A stretch of 64,000 bases of DNA, from positions 1 to 64,000 of IMG/VR virus record IMGVR_UViG_3300042894_006927. One strand, given 5' to 3'. The translations under genes were made by a program, and so were the position numbers. Positions within the stretch are counted from its first letter, which is position 1, and the number at the start of each line of letters is the position of its first letter. The notes beneath the pieces are model-generated. The model worked only from the letters and a program-made list of their open reading frames with translations, did not search any database and was not told the origin of the DNA. The DNA comes from a virus. This document shows positions 9,154-19,301 of the stretch, one piece after another.

Positions 9154-9351
9154 ATGAAACTTGACAAAATCTTCATTGAGCATTGTGATAAAAGTGGTGT
9201 AAGCATCATTGCTTTTAATTACGATAAAAAGAAGGAAACCTATACTGCATTGGTGCGTGGCGAACCTAAAAAAGAGGACTTTACAACCATTGAAAAAACA
9301 AAATCGCCATACGGAAACGCTTTTTATGTAACCCTTAAATACTCGCTATAA
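9154..9351 (+). CDS. hypothetical protein
   Basis: 65-aa ORF directly after the promoter, TAATG-coupled to the next gene. Confidence 0.6.
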   Translation: MKLDKIFIEHCDKSGVSIIAFNYDKKKETYTALVRGEPKKEDFTTIEKTKSPYGNAFYVTLKYSL

Positions 9352-9701
9352 TGAGAGCAATCAAAATCAATGTTGAAAAACAAATCTTTGAAGAAATTGA
9401 AATCAAAGATTGGACTGAAATCGCACCCGCTATTGGCAACAAATGTGAAATTTTTACTTGCCCGATTACGCTTGAAAATGGCGATACAATGTACTGCGAT
9501 GATGAAGGACTATTTACCGAGCAATTTGGTGGAATAATTATGAAAGATTGGCAATACCCGTTGCTTGGAAATATCATTCTGCTTAATGCAGATGAAGAAG
9601 GCGATAGCACCCCTGCCGTATCAAAAATTGAAGATTTAAAAGGACAAATCCGTTTTATTACCAAACAACAAGCAAATGAGTACCAAAAACAATTTTTCTG
9701 A
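9351..9701 (+). CDS. conserved phage protein (DUF3846-like)
   Basis: MYCDDEGL...PLLGNIILL..D.EGD motif. Confidence 0.7.
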   Translation: MRAIKINVEKQIFEEIEIKDWTEIAPAIGNKCEIFTCPITLENGDTMYCDDEGLFTEQFGGIIMKDWQYPLLGNIILLNADEEGDSTPAVSKIEDLKGQIRFITKQQANEYQKQFF

Positions 9702-9945
9702 TTGGGAATTTACCCCCGTTATTGACAAAGTATTTGCATTTCAGTTGGTAGATGGCGACACCCAAAAAATGAAGGAATACTGCCCCGAACTAAAAATTTA
9801 CAATGATAAAATTGGCAATACATTTGTCGAAATAGAAGGAAACACCTTCATATTGTTAGATACTTGGTGGCTAATTTTTTTCGATAAAAAGCCAATACGA
9901 ATACTTAACAACATTCAATTTTGGAAGGATTATGTTAAAAATTAA
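9676..9945 (+). CDS. hypothetical protein
   Basis: 89-aa ORF within the operon. Confidence 0.55.
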   Translation: MSTKNNFSDWEFTPVIDKVFAFQLVDGDTQKMKEYCPELKIYNDKIGNTFVEIEGNTFILLDTWWLIFFDKKPIRILNNIQFWKDYVKN

Positions 9946-10019
9946 ATCAACAATAAAACCCGAAAACCCCGCAGAAAACTTTAATGAGTGGATGCAATTT
10001 ATTAAAACCCAAATCGAAA

Positions 10020-10826
10020 ATGAAAAACAAATCAATCAAAAAAAACCTACAAGAGTTTATTGTAAAAACGCTTGAATCCCGTAACGAATTTATTACATCA
10101 AAAGACATTTCTGAAATGTTTAATTCGGTTACGGGATATAAAACCGATGCTGCCTCCATAAGAAATTCAGTACACGAATTACGGGCAAATAAAATCAGTC
10201 CAATTATTGCTTCAAGGAGGGGCTACAAAATAGCCACAACCAAACGGGAAATTCAAGAACAAACAAAGCGATTGGAAGAAATGGTTTTTGAAATTATGGA
10301 TGCATTGGCAGGAATGGCATCAATGGCGGAATCCCTAAAATTCAATTTTGAAGTCAAAAAAAAGGGGAAACAACAATTCGCTATTTATTCTCCAATCTTT
10401 GAGCAAATTATTGCCGAAATAAAAAATGGCGGAAAAATTTTGGAAGTGCTTAAAAAGTACAATGTTTCATACCAAAAAATAAGCAAAGAGGACAAAATTA
10501 AAATGCGACAAGTACGCTTTAACAATCCCATCCCGATACAAATGAAAAGGGAAAAGCAGAAAAAAAAGCAAAACCAAATAAATTCGGAGTTGGTTACAAC
10601 GGCTGTAAGCAAAAAAAGAGGTCGCAAAAAACATACGATTAACTTTTCCGATGTTGCCGACAAGTTTTTTGAGGAACTTAAAAAAGGCAGAACAAGGGGC
10701 GAACTTTTGCTTGAATACAACATTGGGTATCAAACATTGACAGCAGAGGATAAAATTAAGATAAGGCAAATTAAATATCCGAATCTTGTACCTTTACAAT
10801 TAAGAAGAAATATCCAAAAAACTTGA
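10020..10826 (+). CDS. putative DNA-binding regulator: winged-helix N-terminus plus two helical repeats
   Basis: ITSKDI...IRNSVHELR...IIASRRGY wHTH-like region; two ~50-aa repeats (Y..Y.....EDKIK.RQ) flanking KKRGRKK. Confidence 0.6.
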   Translation: MKNKSIKKNLQEFIVKTLESRNEFITSKDISEMFNSVTGYKTDAASIRNSVHELRANKISPIIASRRGYKIATTKREIQEQTKRLEEMVFEIMDALAGMASMAESLKFNFEVKKKGKQQFAIYSPIFEQIIAEIKNGGKILEVLKKYNVSYQKISKEDKIKMRQVRFNNPIPIQMKREKQKKKQNQINSELVTTAVSKKRGRKKHTINFSDVADKFFEELKKGRTRGELLLEYNIGYQTLTAEDKIKIRQIKYPNLVPLQLRRNIQKT

Positions 10827-10827
10827 T

Positions 10828-11160
10828 ATGAATTACACTATTGAAATTGATGCAGCAAAATTGTTCGACCCTATTGTTATTGCTAAATTTTGCAATCAAA
10901 TGGTTGAAATGAATCATCATAGAGTTTTTCCAAGAACAACTTTAGAATCAGCAATGTTCGTAAATGTAGAAAAACAAGGCGTAAAAAGAACTGCCTTAAT
11001 TGTTTTTCAGATTACCCAAAATGAGGGCAACGATTTTTCTGAAAAGGAATTTGATGTTGAGATTGTTGGAGTAGCCCTTTGCGATGAAAAGCCAAGCGAG
11101 GAAAAAGTATTGGAAATAGCCAAAGAAATAAAAGCACATTCAGTTGCCATACTGAATTAA
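10828..11160 (+). CDS. hypothetical protein
   Basis: 110-aa ORF ending before a terminator. Confidence 0.6.
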   Translation: MNYTIEIDAAKLFDPIVIAKFCNQMVEMNHHRVFPRTTLESAMFVNVEKQGVKRTALIVFQITQNEGNDFSEKEFDVEIVGVALCDEKPSEEKVLEIAKEIKAHSVAILN

Positions 11161-11189
11161 ACATACCCATTTGGGTTTTTTGGTTGGTT

Positions 11190-11227
11190 GCCCGAAACCT
11201 TTGTAATAAAGCGTTTCGGGCTTTTTT
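11190..11227 (+). terminator. rho-independent terminator
   Basis: GCCCGAAAC...GTTTCGGGC stem followed by T6. Confidence 0.75.
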
Positions 11228-11259
11228 AAAATTCAAAAATTTGACTAAATTTGTCAATT

Positions 11260-11733
11260 ATGAATATCTTTGCAATTCATTCAAATCCCTTCATTTCGGG
11301 TTCTCATTTGGTGGACAAGCACATTGTCAAGATGCCCCTTGAAACGGCTCAAATGCTATGCTCAACGCATACTTTGGTAGAATCGGGAATAAAAACCCCA
11401 TACCTACCTTCTCATTTAAAACATCCCTGCAATTTGTGGCTTACCAAAAGCGAGGAAAATTACGATTGGTTAATTTTTCACGGAATTTCACTTTGCTTTG
11501 AATACAACGAGAGATATAACAAAGTCCATTCGTGTTTACAAGTTATTTTGTGGGCTGAACAAAACCGACCTAAATTGCCAAAAAAATCAATTACCCCATT
11601 TGCTATTGCGATGCCCGATGTTTACAAAATATCCGACAATCCTATTGAGTGTTATCGTGAATACTATGCAAAAGGTAAAAAACACCTTCACACTTGGAAA
11701 AACAATAAAAAACCCGATTTTATATGCGATTGA
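11260..11733 (+). CDS. pyrimidine-dimer DNA glycosylase / endonuclease V-like family protein
   Basis: MNIF...DKHIVKMPLETAQML...HPCNLW...NYDWL...EY..RY.K.H...AMPD...YR.YY. Confidence 0.85.
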   Translation: MNIFAIHSNPFISGSHLVDKHIVKMPLETAQMLCSTHTLVESGIKTPYLPSHLKHPCNLWLTKSEENYDWLIFHGISLCFEYNERYNKVHSCLQVILWAEQNRPKLPKKSITPFAIAMPDVYKISDNPIECYREYYAKGKKHLHTWKNNKKPDFICD

Positions 11734-13103
11734 CAAATGAACAAATTGCAATCGTTAATTCGCAGGAAAAAGAAATCAAAATAATTGCGGGTGCGGGTGC
11801 TGCCAAAACAACTACATTGGTTGAGTTTACAAAGGTTAGACCAAACAAAAAATTCCTTTACATTGCCTTCAATAAAAGCGTTCAACAAGAAGGTGCAAAA
11901 AAATTTGGCTCTAATGTTCTTGTAAAAACGGCACACGGACTTGCTTATTCCAATTTCGTAAAAAAACGCTACAAGGTTGTAAACGAACTGAAAGAAAAAG
12001 ATTTTAGGGAGTTATTTGACGAGTATTCAGATTTAATTGACTTTCCCGAATTTGTTTACACGCTAAAAAGGTGCTTTGAATTATATTGCCATTTGCCGCA
12101 CAATAAAGCCCTTACACCTTCCCAAATAAAAAGCAACAATACAAACTTTGTAAACAATGTAAACAAGGCGGTTGGGGTGGTTGTAAACAAAATGTTGAAA
12201 GGCGAAATTCCTCTTACCCACGATGCGTATTTGAAGTTTTATATGCTTACAAACCCGCAGTTAGATTTTGACTACATTTTATTTGATGAAGGTCAAGACG
12301 CTTCCCCCGTTATGCTTCGTATTTTTGCTTCGCAGGATTCCCGAAAAATAATTGTTGGCGACCCAAACCAATCAATTTACCGATTCCGACACGCCATAAA
12401 TGCTCTCGGAAAATTGAACTACAAAACCTACCCCTTGTCGGTTTCTTTTAGATTCGGAAATGATATTGCTGAAAAGGCTAATTCTATTTTGTATTTCAAG
12501 CAAAAAATGAAGATGCCAACGGGAATACAAATCATCGGTGGCGGGGGGAACAAATACAATTCCGAAAATGCAATTTTGTGTAGGAGTAATTCAAGCGTTT
12601 TGGATGTTTTACTAACAAATCCAAATAAACGGATTTATTTAGAGGGCGGTAAACAAGGTTACAATTTCTCTGCGGGTGGTTTATTAAGCGATGTTTACAA
12701 ACTAAAAAAAGGTAAACACGGGCTAATTAAAAATGATTTAATAAGGAATTTTAAAGACATTAACGAAGCATATCAATTCGCAAAAAAAGTCGGTGATGTG
12801 AAAATTATTTCCTGCATCGAAATCATTAACCGATACGGGGGAAACATTTTCAAGGAAATCAAGGAAGCAAAAAATAGGATTGTAAACAACCGAATGGATG
12901 CAGATTTAATTGTTTCAACAATTCATAAGGCGAAAGGAATGGAGTATTCAAGTGTTACTCTTGCTTCTGATATAAAAAAGCCCGAAGAAATTTTGGATGC
13001 CTACAAAAAAACCGAGCAAACCTACGATGATTACAAGTGGTTTGAGGAAGAACTTAATTTGATTTATGTTGCAGTAACAAGAGCAATAAATAGAGTGCTA
13101 TGA
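11724..13103 (+). CDS. UvrD/SF1A-like DNA helicase
   Basis: LTNEQ, AGAGAAKT, DEGQD, VGDPNQSIY.FR, SFRFG, STIHKAKGME, YVAVTRA. Confidence 0.93.
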   Translation: MRLTNEQIAIVNSQEKEIKIIAGAGAAKTTTLVEFTKVRPNKKFLYIAFNKSVQQEGAKKFGSNVLVKTAHGLAYSNFVKKRYKVVNELKEKDFRELFDEYSDLIDFPEFVYTLKRCFELYCHLPHNKALTPSQIKSNNTNFVNNVNKAVGVVVNKMLKGEIPLTHDAYLKFYMLTNPQLDFDYILFDEGQDASPVMLRIFASQDSRKIIVGDPNQSIYRFRHAINALGKLNYKTYPLSVSFRFGNDIAEKANSILYFKQKMKMPTGIQIIGGGGNKYNSENAILCRSNSSVLDVLLTNPNKRIYLEGGKQGYNFSAGGLLSDVYKLKKGKHGLIKNDLIRNFKDINEAYQFAKKVGDVKIISCIEIINRYGGNIFKEIKEAKNRIVNNRMDADLIVSTIHKAKGMEYSSVTLASDIKKPEEILDAYKKTEQTYDDYKWFEEELNLIYVAVTRAINRVL

Positions 13104-13573
13104 ATTTGAATTTTATTGAAAAGCGGTTTTATGTTGCAAACGATGAAACATTTATTGTTGACAATGGTGTTTACATTGAAATTGGGGATTTTAACCGATA
13201 TTTTAAGCGACACGAACCCGCATACCAAGTTGGTGCGGTAATTGTGAATAGAACCAAATTAAAAGCGGTTGTAAACGCATACGCAAAAGCGAGAATTTTG
13301 CTGACCGACAACGGATTTTTCATTCTGAATTGGAGAAAAGCGGAAAACTACAAATTTGTACTGATTTTGTGTTCGGGAAAACTTGGCTCAATTCACTATT
13401 TTGCGGTTGGGGATTTAATTTTTATTATGCCCTATAAAAATGTTCCCGAATTATACGAATCGGGTTTGGACTTAAATTTAGACCGAAAGTATTTCCACGA
13501 ATTAAAGGATAGCATTTTAAACTTTCAAACCATTGAGTATGCCGAAAAAATTTACAACGGGCTTCAAAGTTGA
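13100..13573 (+). CDS. hypothetical protein
   Basis: 157-aa ORF coupled to the helicase. Confidence 0.6.
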   Translation: MNLNFIEKRFYVANDETFIVDNGVYIEIGDFNRYFKRHEPAYQVGAVIVNRTKLKAVVNAYAKARILLTDNGFFILNWRKAENYKFVLILCSGKLGSIHYFAVGDLIFIMPYKNVPELYESGLDLNLDRKYFHELKDSILNFQTIEYAEKIYNGLQS

Positions 13574-14255
13574 AGATAACGGAGAAAAGCGTACATTTGA
13601 ACTCACTTTTTCGGGAATTAAAAACCCCAAAGAGGCGGTTGAAAGATTACGAACTTCATTGAGCATAATGGAATACCAAGCAATTTTAGAACAAAGACCG
13701 AACTTCGGGGTTTCAATCTTAATATGCCACACATTAGGCAGGGAAAAACTGCTTGAACGGCTTACCAATCGGCTTCAAAAAGCATACAAGGACTATTCTA
13801 AATTTTTTGAAATAATCATTGATTCAACAAGCGGAATTTCAGTTGGAGAAAAGCGAAACAATCTGCTTGAATTAGCCGAGAAGGAGTATGTTTGTTTCAT
13901 TGATGATGATGATTTGGTTTCAGAAGATTATTGCGAAATTCTTTTGGAAGGCATAAGAGGGTTGCCCGACAACCTTTCATTGATTGGGGTAATAACATTT
14001 GATGGCATTGCCCCCAAAAATTTTTATCATTCAATAAAGTATGGATTTGCGTATGAAAACAATGGTGCATATTTTAGACCGCCTAATCACCTTAATTGTA
14101 TCAAAACTGAAATTGCAAAATGCTTTCAGTTTCCCCATAAATCGCACGGAGAAGATATGGAGTGGGCTATGCTGATAAAAAATAGCGGAGTTTTGCAAAA
14201 CGAGTACGAGGTTCAAAAACCAATTTATTTTTATGACTACATCCCAAACAAATAA
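13539..14255 (+). CDS. glycosyltransferase family 2-like protein
   Basis: VSILIC, GEKRN.L, YVCFIDDDD, GEDMEW. Confidence 0.85.
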   Translation: MPKKFTTGFKVEDNGEKRTFELTFSGIKNPKEAVERLRTSLSIMEYQAILEQRPNFGVSILICHTLGREKLLERLTNRLQKAYKDYSKFFEIIIDSTSGISVGEKRNNLLELAEKEYVCFIDDDDLVSEDYCEILLEGIRGLPDNLSLIGVITFDGIAPKNFYHSIKYGFAYENNGAYFRPPNHLNCIKTEIAKCFQFPHKSHGEDMEWAMLIKNSGVLQNEYEVQKPIYFYDYIPNK

Positions 14256-15099
14256 GTGCATTTCCTTATCCCTTTTTGGATTTGGGCAAGAGGATAAAGA
14301 TTGCCATTCCTTTAGGTCATTTTTGCAATTTTTCAGCGTTAATTTGAGGGCGTACAAGTTTCTATTTCCCGATTACCATATTGTGCTTTATATTGATGCC
14401 GATTCTTACAAAAGCCACATTTTATACTTTGGAGAAATTCACAAACTTGATTTCGTTAAGATTTGGATTATGGGCGAAAAAGAGGATTTGTGTAAAAGTA
14501 TGCTTTGGCGTTTGTACCCCGTATTCAAATACGACTATACTATCTGCCGAGATATTGATTCTCTGCCAACACTCAAAGATTGGCGTTGCGTTGAAAAGTG
14601 GATTCAAGATGGAACTAAAGCACACGCAATTTCCGATAGCATTTCGCACACAATACCGCTTATGGGGGGAATGATTGGCTTTACAAAATATGCCTTTCCG
14701 AACCATATTTTAGAAAATCCAAATTTTGATTTTAAGCGAAAAGGCAGCGACCAAGATTTTCTCAACAAACTTGTTTTGCCTTATGTTTCCCATTCATTAA
14801 GCGAGTTTAGATTTTTGGGAATAAGCCCTATGTCAAACAATTCATTCGCCCACAATACCGATAGCGGAGAATTTTCAGCGTTCCTAACTTGCGACCTATT
14901 GGTAAATCACATCGGGCAAGGCGGGTATCACCTTGAAGAAACTTTCAATGAAATTACAAACCGAAAATACGAGGGGGCTTTGAATTACTATGTCAGAAAC
15001 CCGCAGGTAGAACTTTTAGGAAAAGAGGTTATTGAATTGAATCAAAAACTTTTGGAAGCAGAAAAACTATACCCCGAAACATTTTATTGGACACTATGA
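14233..15099 (+). CDS. putative GT-A-fold glycosyltransferase-like protein (paralog of 5656-6483)
   Basis: MLWRLYP, ICRDID, HTIPLMGGMIGF, KGSDQDFL. Confidence 0.6.
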   Translation: MTTSQTNKCISLSLFGFGQEDKDCHSFRSFLQFFSVNLRAYKFLFPDYHIVLYIDADSYKSHILYFGEIHKLDFVKIWIMGEKEDLCKSMLWRLYPVFKYDYTICRDIDSLPTLKDWRCVEKWIQDGTKAHAISDSISHTIPLMGGMIGFTKYAFPNHILENPNFDFKRKGSDQDFLNKLVLPYVSHSLSEFRFLGISPMSNNSFAHNTDSGEFSAFLTCDLLVNHIGQGGYHLEETFNEITNRKYEGALNYYVRNPQVELLGKEVIELNQKLLEAEKLYPETFYWTL

Positions 15100-15923
15100 A
15101 GCAATTTGTAATTTTAAGTACGGACTATAATCCCGACTACCTTTTTTACACGCCAATAACGGCAGCAATTTGGAAGCATTTTGGGTTTGAGCCGATTATC
15201 ATTAGCGTTTATGATTCGGATTCAGTACACCTTTTTGAAAAGTATGCGGATTTGGTTCACGAAACTTGCAAAAAACAAGGCATATACAACATCGAAACCT
15301 ATTTTAATTCAAAAGGGCTTCGCTTCTCAACGCCAACCATTGTTCAATCAATACGGCTTTGGGGATTTTTAAGCCCAAGAATAAATGCCGAAGATTATGT
15401 TGTTTTGGGCGATATTGATATGATTCCCCTAAACTCGTTTCTAAACCGAGATTTTGACAAAGTAAATTCATTCGGGTTTGACCTTACCGATAGAACGCAG
15501 ATTCCGATTTGCTATGTAGGGATGCAAAAGAAGAAATGGATGGAAATAGTGCCAAACATTTCAACGCTTCAATGCTATCCAAACTGCTTAAATAAAATGC
15601 AGGATTTTCCGCAATCAAGAAGCGTTAACTTTGAAGATTATTGGTTTACTGACCAAATTATGCTCACAAAGTTTATGCAAGATTACGGCTTTGATAAAAT
15701 CAATTTTGTTGATAGGGGGAAAGAGCCAAATGGTTTTGCAAGGTTGCGTGTAGATAGGGGAAATTGGGGATGGCAAGAAGGGGTTGAGTATATGGATGCA
15801 CACCTACCGAGAAACCCGCTTGAAAACTTTGAACTTGTTTATGACCTTATTAAATCAAAAATAAATACCGACATAAAATGGATAAATCAATATACGAAGG
15901 AATTTCGCCAATTAGCGGAATAG
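15096..15923 (+). CDS. putative nucleotide-sugar transferase-like protein
   Basis: Y.FY.PI, IRL, LGDIDMIP (DxD), PICY, WFTDQ, R.DR..W, D.H; lies within the GT cluster. Confidence 0.55.
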   Translation: MKQFVILSTDYNPDYLFYTPITAAIWKHFGFEPIIISVYDSDSVHLFEKYADLVHETCKKQGIYNIETYFNSKGLRFSTPTIVQSIRLWGFLSPRINAEDYVVLGDIDMIPLNSFLNRDFDKVNSFGFDLTDRTQIPICYVGMQKKKWMEIVPNISTLQCYPNCLNKMQDFPQSRSVNFEDYWFTDQIMLTKFMQDYGFDKINFVDRGKEPNGFARLRVDRGNWGWQEGVEYMDAHLPRNPLENFELVYDLIKSKINTDIKWINQYTKEFRQLAE

Positions 15924-16444
15924 AAATTAACGGGTATTCCAACCACCTTGTACTTATAGATGCCCTTTTCAAAAATGTGAAAAAGGGGGCTATTAAGCAT
16001 ATTTTTGAGTATGGTTGCGGGTTTGGAAGCACCGCCTATTTCCTGCAAAAATCAAAATCGGTTATTGCCTTAGAAATGCAGTCAGATGGTTGGTTTTGGC
16101 GTGTACGAAACGACCTTAAACCAATTTACCCGCACCTTGAAATTCACCTTGCTTTAGAGAGATGCCATTGGAATTTTCTCGGAAAATTTAACCAAAATTT
16201 CGACCTTGTTTTTGTAGATGGACACGGAGATACAAGACCCGAATGTATTAACTATGCAATGGGAAAAGGTGTGCCGTATATTGTTTCCCACGATACCGAA
16301 GAAAAAGGGTATGGTTGGGAACGGGTTATAAATAACCAAGAATACCACAAATTAACAATGCGGGATTTTAATAATTGGACTACGCTTTGGACAACGGACA
16401 CGCAAGTATTTGGAAAACTAAAGTCGGATTTTAATTGGTTTTAA
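15878..16444 (+). CDS. class I SAM-dependent methyltransferase
   Basis: IFEYGCGFGST, FDLVFVDG...R..C, VSHDTE. Confidence 0.8.
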   Translation: MDKSIYEGISPISGIEINGYSNHLVLIDALFKNVKKGAIKHIFEYGCGFGSTAYFLQKSKSVIALEMQSDGWFWRVRNDLKPIYPHLEIHLALERCHWNFLGKFNQNFDLVFVDGHGDTRPECINYAMGKGVPYIVSHDTEEKGYGWERVINNQEYHKLTMRDFNNWTTLWTTDTQVFGKLKSDFNWF

Positions 16445-16510
16445 AAAGTTTGACTAATTTAGTCAAATGAAATTGAGCATTTTAATAGACATTACTCTAA
16501 AAAACAAAAA

Positions 16511-17278
16511 ATGAAAATAAGCATCGTTCACCCTTCCCGAAATAGGGTTAAAATGGCATCAGAAGCCATAGAAAAATGGAAGTCAGCAGGAGTTGAATAC
16601 ATTTTGTCGGTTGATTTTTCCGATACCGCAGAGAACTTTATTAAGTACCAAGAAATTGCGAAAAAGAACAAGTGCAAATTGGTAATTAACCACAATAAAA
16701 ATTGTGTTGATGCCGTAAACGCAGGGGCAAAACACACTACGGGGGATTGGATTGTCGTAGTTTCTGATGATTTTGATTGCCCCGAAGATTGGGTTCAAAA
16801 GTTGCGAGAAATCGAAGGTTTTGATTCAAAAGAACCGAGAGTTATTTTGGTAAACGATGGCATTTCAAACAATATCGTTTCGTTGCCAATTATTAACCGA
16901 ATTGCATACGAGCAACTTGGCTACATTTACTATCCGAAATATGCTTCGATGTTTGCCGATACCGACCTTTTCGCTTTGGCAAAAAGAAAAAATTGGATGA
17001 TTGATGCCAAGCATTTGTTGTTTGAACACAAACACTTTACAAATGGAAAAAGGGAAAGCGATGAAGCATATTTAAGACAAAATCAAAGTGCTTTTTGGGC
17101 AATCGGAAAGGCATTGTTTGAACGCAGGGTTCAGTCGGATTTTGAAATGGTTGACCTAACTGAACAAGAACGAATTACTTTTGAAAATCAAATTGAGGAT
17201 TCAGTTTCTCAAAATCCAAGTCAACACCCCAACCTAAAGCCCATTACGATAATTAGCGGTGGTGGACAATGCAATTAA
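16511..17278 (+). CDS. glycosyltransferase family 2-like protein
   Basis: KISIVHPSRNR, AVN.GA, VVSDD, YASMFAD. Confidence 0.8.
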   Translation: MKISIVHPSRNRVKMASEAIEKWKSAGVEYILSVDFSDTAENFIKYQEIAKKNKCKLVINHNKNCVDAVNAGAKHTTGDWIVVVSDDFDCPEDWVQKLREIEGFDSKEPRVILVNDGISNNIVSLPIINRIAYEQLGYIYYPKYASMFADTDLFALAKRKNWMIDAKHLLFEHKHFTNGKRESDEAYLRQNQSAFWAIGKALFERRVQSDFEMVDLTEQERITFENQIEDSVSQNPSQHPNLKPITIISGGGQCN

Positions 17279-17282
17279 AATT

Positions 17283-18542
17283 ATGAAAGGGCTACATAAC
17301 ATTTACAAATCGCTTTTGTCTGATTCTGAATTGGATTACCGAGAGGTTTTTCCCGCTTTTTTTGAGCAAGATAAAAAGACCAAAGTTCTATTTGTTTGTC
17401 CGAGAATGGATGCCTTTGGGCTTCGGAATATGTTTGTACCCGCATTGGGGTTATCCAATACGCCCAAAATGGCTTCTTGTATTTTTATGGCTCAAAAATC
17501 AAACAATGAGCATTTAACGGAGTTACGCCAAGACATTGACCTGCCAAGCGAAATAGTGCAACAAGCGGATGTAATTATTTTTCCGTTTTGCGATGTTCGT
17601 TTGCGACCAATCTACGCTTTAATACGAGAGTTGAAGCCAACGATACGCATTGCGTTCATTGTTGACTTTCCAATCGAACAATTAAAGGACTATCATTTTT
17701 CCAAAAAGACCTACAATAAAGTAAAGGAGAACATTTACGAGAACATTTATTTTGCTGACAAGGTTTTTATTCCCTGCGAATCGTACAATGAGGAAATAAG
17801 AAAAATGGTTGATGGCAGGTTTGAAATTTCAAAACCGCTTTTAACCGAGATTTACAATACAAAAATCAGCCCGATTGTGGTTGAAAGTATTGATTTTCAA
17901 AAGATGCCCGAACTTTTTAACCCGCCACCGCCCTACCGAATAGGGTTTTACTCCCAACACGCAGGGGTAGGTAGGAATGAAAAGGAAATCGAATTGATTA
18001 AGTTTTGCCAAGAAAACGAGGAAAGGTTTGAATATGTTATTTACGGGGCAAATCCATTTGGAAACCGAAAGGACAAAAAAATTGAGGAATCAAATGGGCT
18101 TGAGGTTTATGAGGATAACTCACTTGCAAAATTGAGCAAAAAATTCAATGGAAATTTTAAGCCAATACGCAGGGTTCAAACCAACGACTACATTTATCAC
18201 TTCAAGAACATTTACAAATTGGGGTTAAGCATAGCCATAGTTATGCCGAAACGGGATGATTTTTTTAACCTTTCTCCGTTCCCCTTTATTATTGAGGAAT
18301 TGGCACTTATGCAGATTCCCGTAATTACCGACATACCATTAAATAAAATGCAGAAAGAAGGGGCGTTTTTTGTTTCAAACATCAATGAAGCCAAAGAAAT
18401 TTTGCGTTCTTTAACCCCCGAAATGATTGCCGATAAAGGGCAGAAGGCACAAGAGGTTTTTGGCGGGAGTATTCTTACCGAGCAGGAACATTGGGTGGCT
18501 CTTGAACAAGCAATTTTGTCTGATTCGATTTATTCCTTTTAA
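17283..18542 (+). CDS. probable GT-B-fold glycosyltransferase-like protein
   Basis: KVLFV start, ADKVF, IGFY, IEELA.MQIPVIT resembling a GT-B C-terminal domain. Confidence 0.5.
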   Translation: MKGLHNIYKSLLSDSELDYREVFPAFFEQDKKTKVLFVCPRMDAFGLRNMFVPALGLSNTPKMASCIFMAQKSNNEHLTELRQDIDLPSEIVQQADVIIFPFCDVRLRPIYALIRELKPTIRIAFIVDFPIEQLKDYHFSKKTYNKVKENIYENIYFADKVFIPCESYNEEIRKMVDGRFEISKPLLTEIYNTKISPIVVESIDFQKMPELFNPPPPYRIGFYSQHAGVGRNEKEIELIKFCQENEERFEYVIYGANPFGNRKDKKIEESNGLEVYEDNSLAKLSKKFNGNFKPIRRVQTNDYIYHFKNIYKLGLSIAIVMPKRDDFFNLSPFPFIIEELALMQIPVITDIPLNKMQKEGAFFVSNINEAKEILRSLTPEMIADKGQKAQEVFGGSILTEQEHWVALEQAILSDSIYSF

Positions 18543-18786
18543 ATGAAATTTCGATGTGATAATTCATCTTTTCGGCATATTGAGAAATCTTGTCAAAAGA
18601 AAGGTAAATATCCCCATTCATAAATCGTGAAATTATATCTAATCTTTCGCCCAAAAATTCGCTGAATTTAGTCAAAGTGTATTTTCTTTTTTCGGACTTT
18701 GATTTGCGTTCAATAAAATCTTTGCACAATTCAAAAAAAACATCATTAAGTTCGTCTTTATCCCTAATTTTATTATATCTTCGCAT
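18475..18786 (-). CDS. XRE-type helix-turn-helix protein
   Basis: YTLTKFSEFLG...ISRFMNG...LSFDKI..YAEK. Confidence 0.6.
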   Translation of the reverse strand: MRRYNKIRDKDELNDVFFELCKDFIERKSKSEKRKYTLTKFSEFLGERLDIISRFMNGDIYLSFDKISQYAEKMNYHIEISFKRNKSNQTKLLVQEPPNVPAR

Positions 18787-18803
18787 AAAATCAAAATTTT
18801 GTT

Positions 18804-19301
18804 ATGGTAACTGATTCAATCACTTCTTTCAAGGCAAAAATAGAAAAAGCAGAGGCAATTCTGAAATTAAAAACCGAGAAATTGGAGTTGTCGCAAAAAT
18901 TGACAAAAACACTCAAAGCCGAAGCCAAAAAATCAAGTGGAAGCGATGCACTTGAAAAGCAATACAAAGCATCCGAATATGCCATTCTTGAAATTGAAAA
19001 TGAAACGGAGGTTTTTATTCTGAAAAGTATTTTGAACGAGGACTTGGAAAGGTACTCTGAAATGCAGAAAAGAGAGGAAGAATTGCGTGAAAGGATTTCG
19101 TTGCTGCCCGAAATTGTTGACCGAATTAAGGACAAATACAATGCTAAAAAACGGCTTGGAAAATTGCCCAAAAACGATTCGGCAGATGCGTTGGATTTTC
19201 TACAAGATTATCAGTCGTATATGCACCAACCAAATGATGTCGAAGCCACAAAACTACTTCGCAGAGCAGACCGAATTGAGTTCAATCTAAATCAATTATG
19301 A
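18804..19301 (+). CDS. coiled-coil hypothetical protein
   Basis: charged heptad-rich sequence. Confidence 0.65.
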   Translation: MVTDSITSFKAKIEKAEAILKLKTEKLELSQKLTKTLKAEAKKSSGSDALEKQYKASEYAILEIENETEVFILKSILNEDLERYSEMQKREEELRERISLLPEIVDRIKDKYNAKKRLGKLPKNDSADALDFLQDYQSYMHQPNDVEATKLLRRADRIEFNLNQL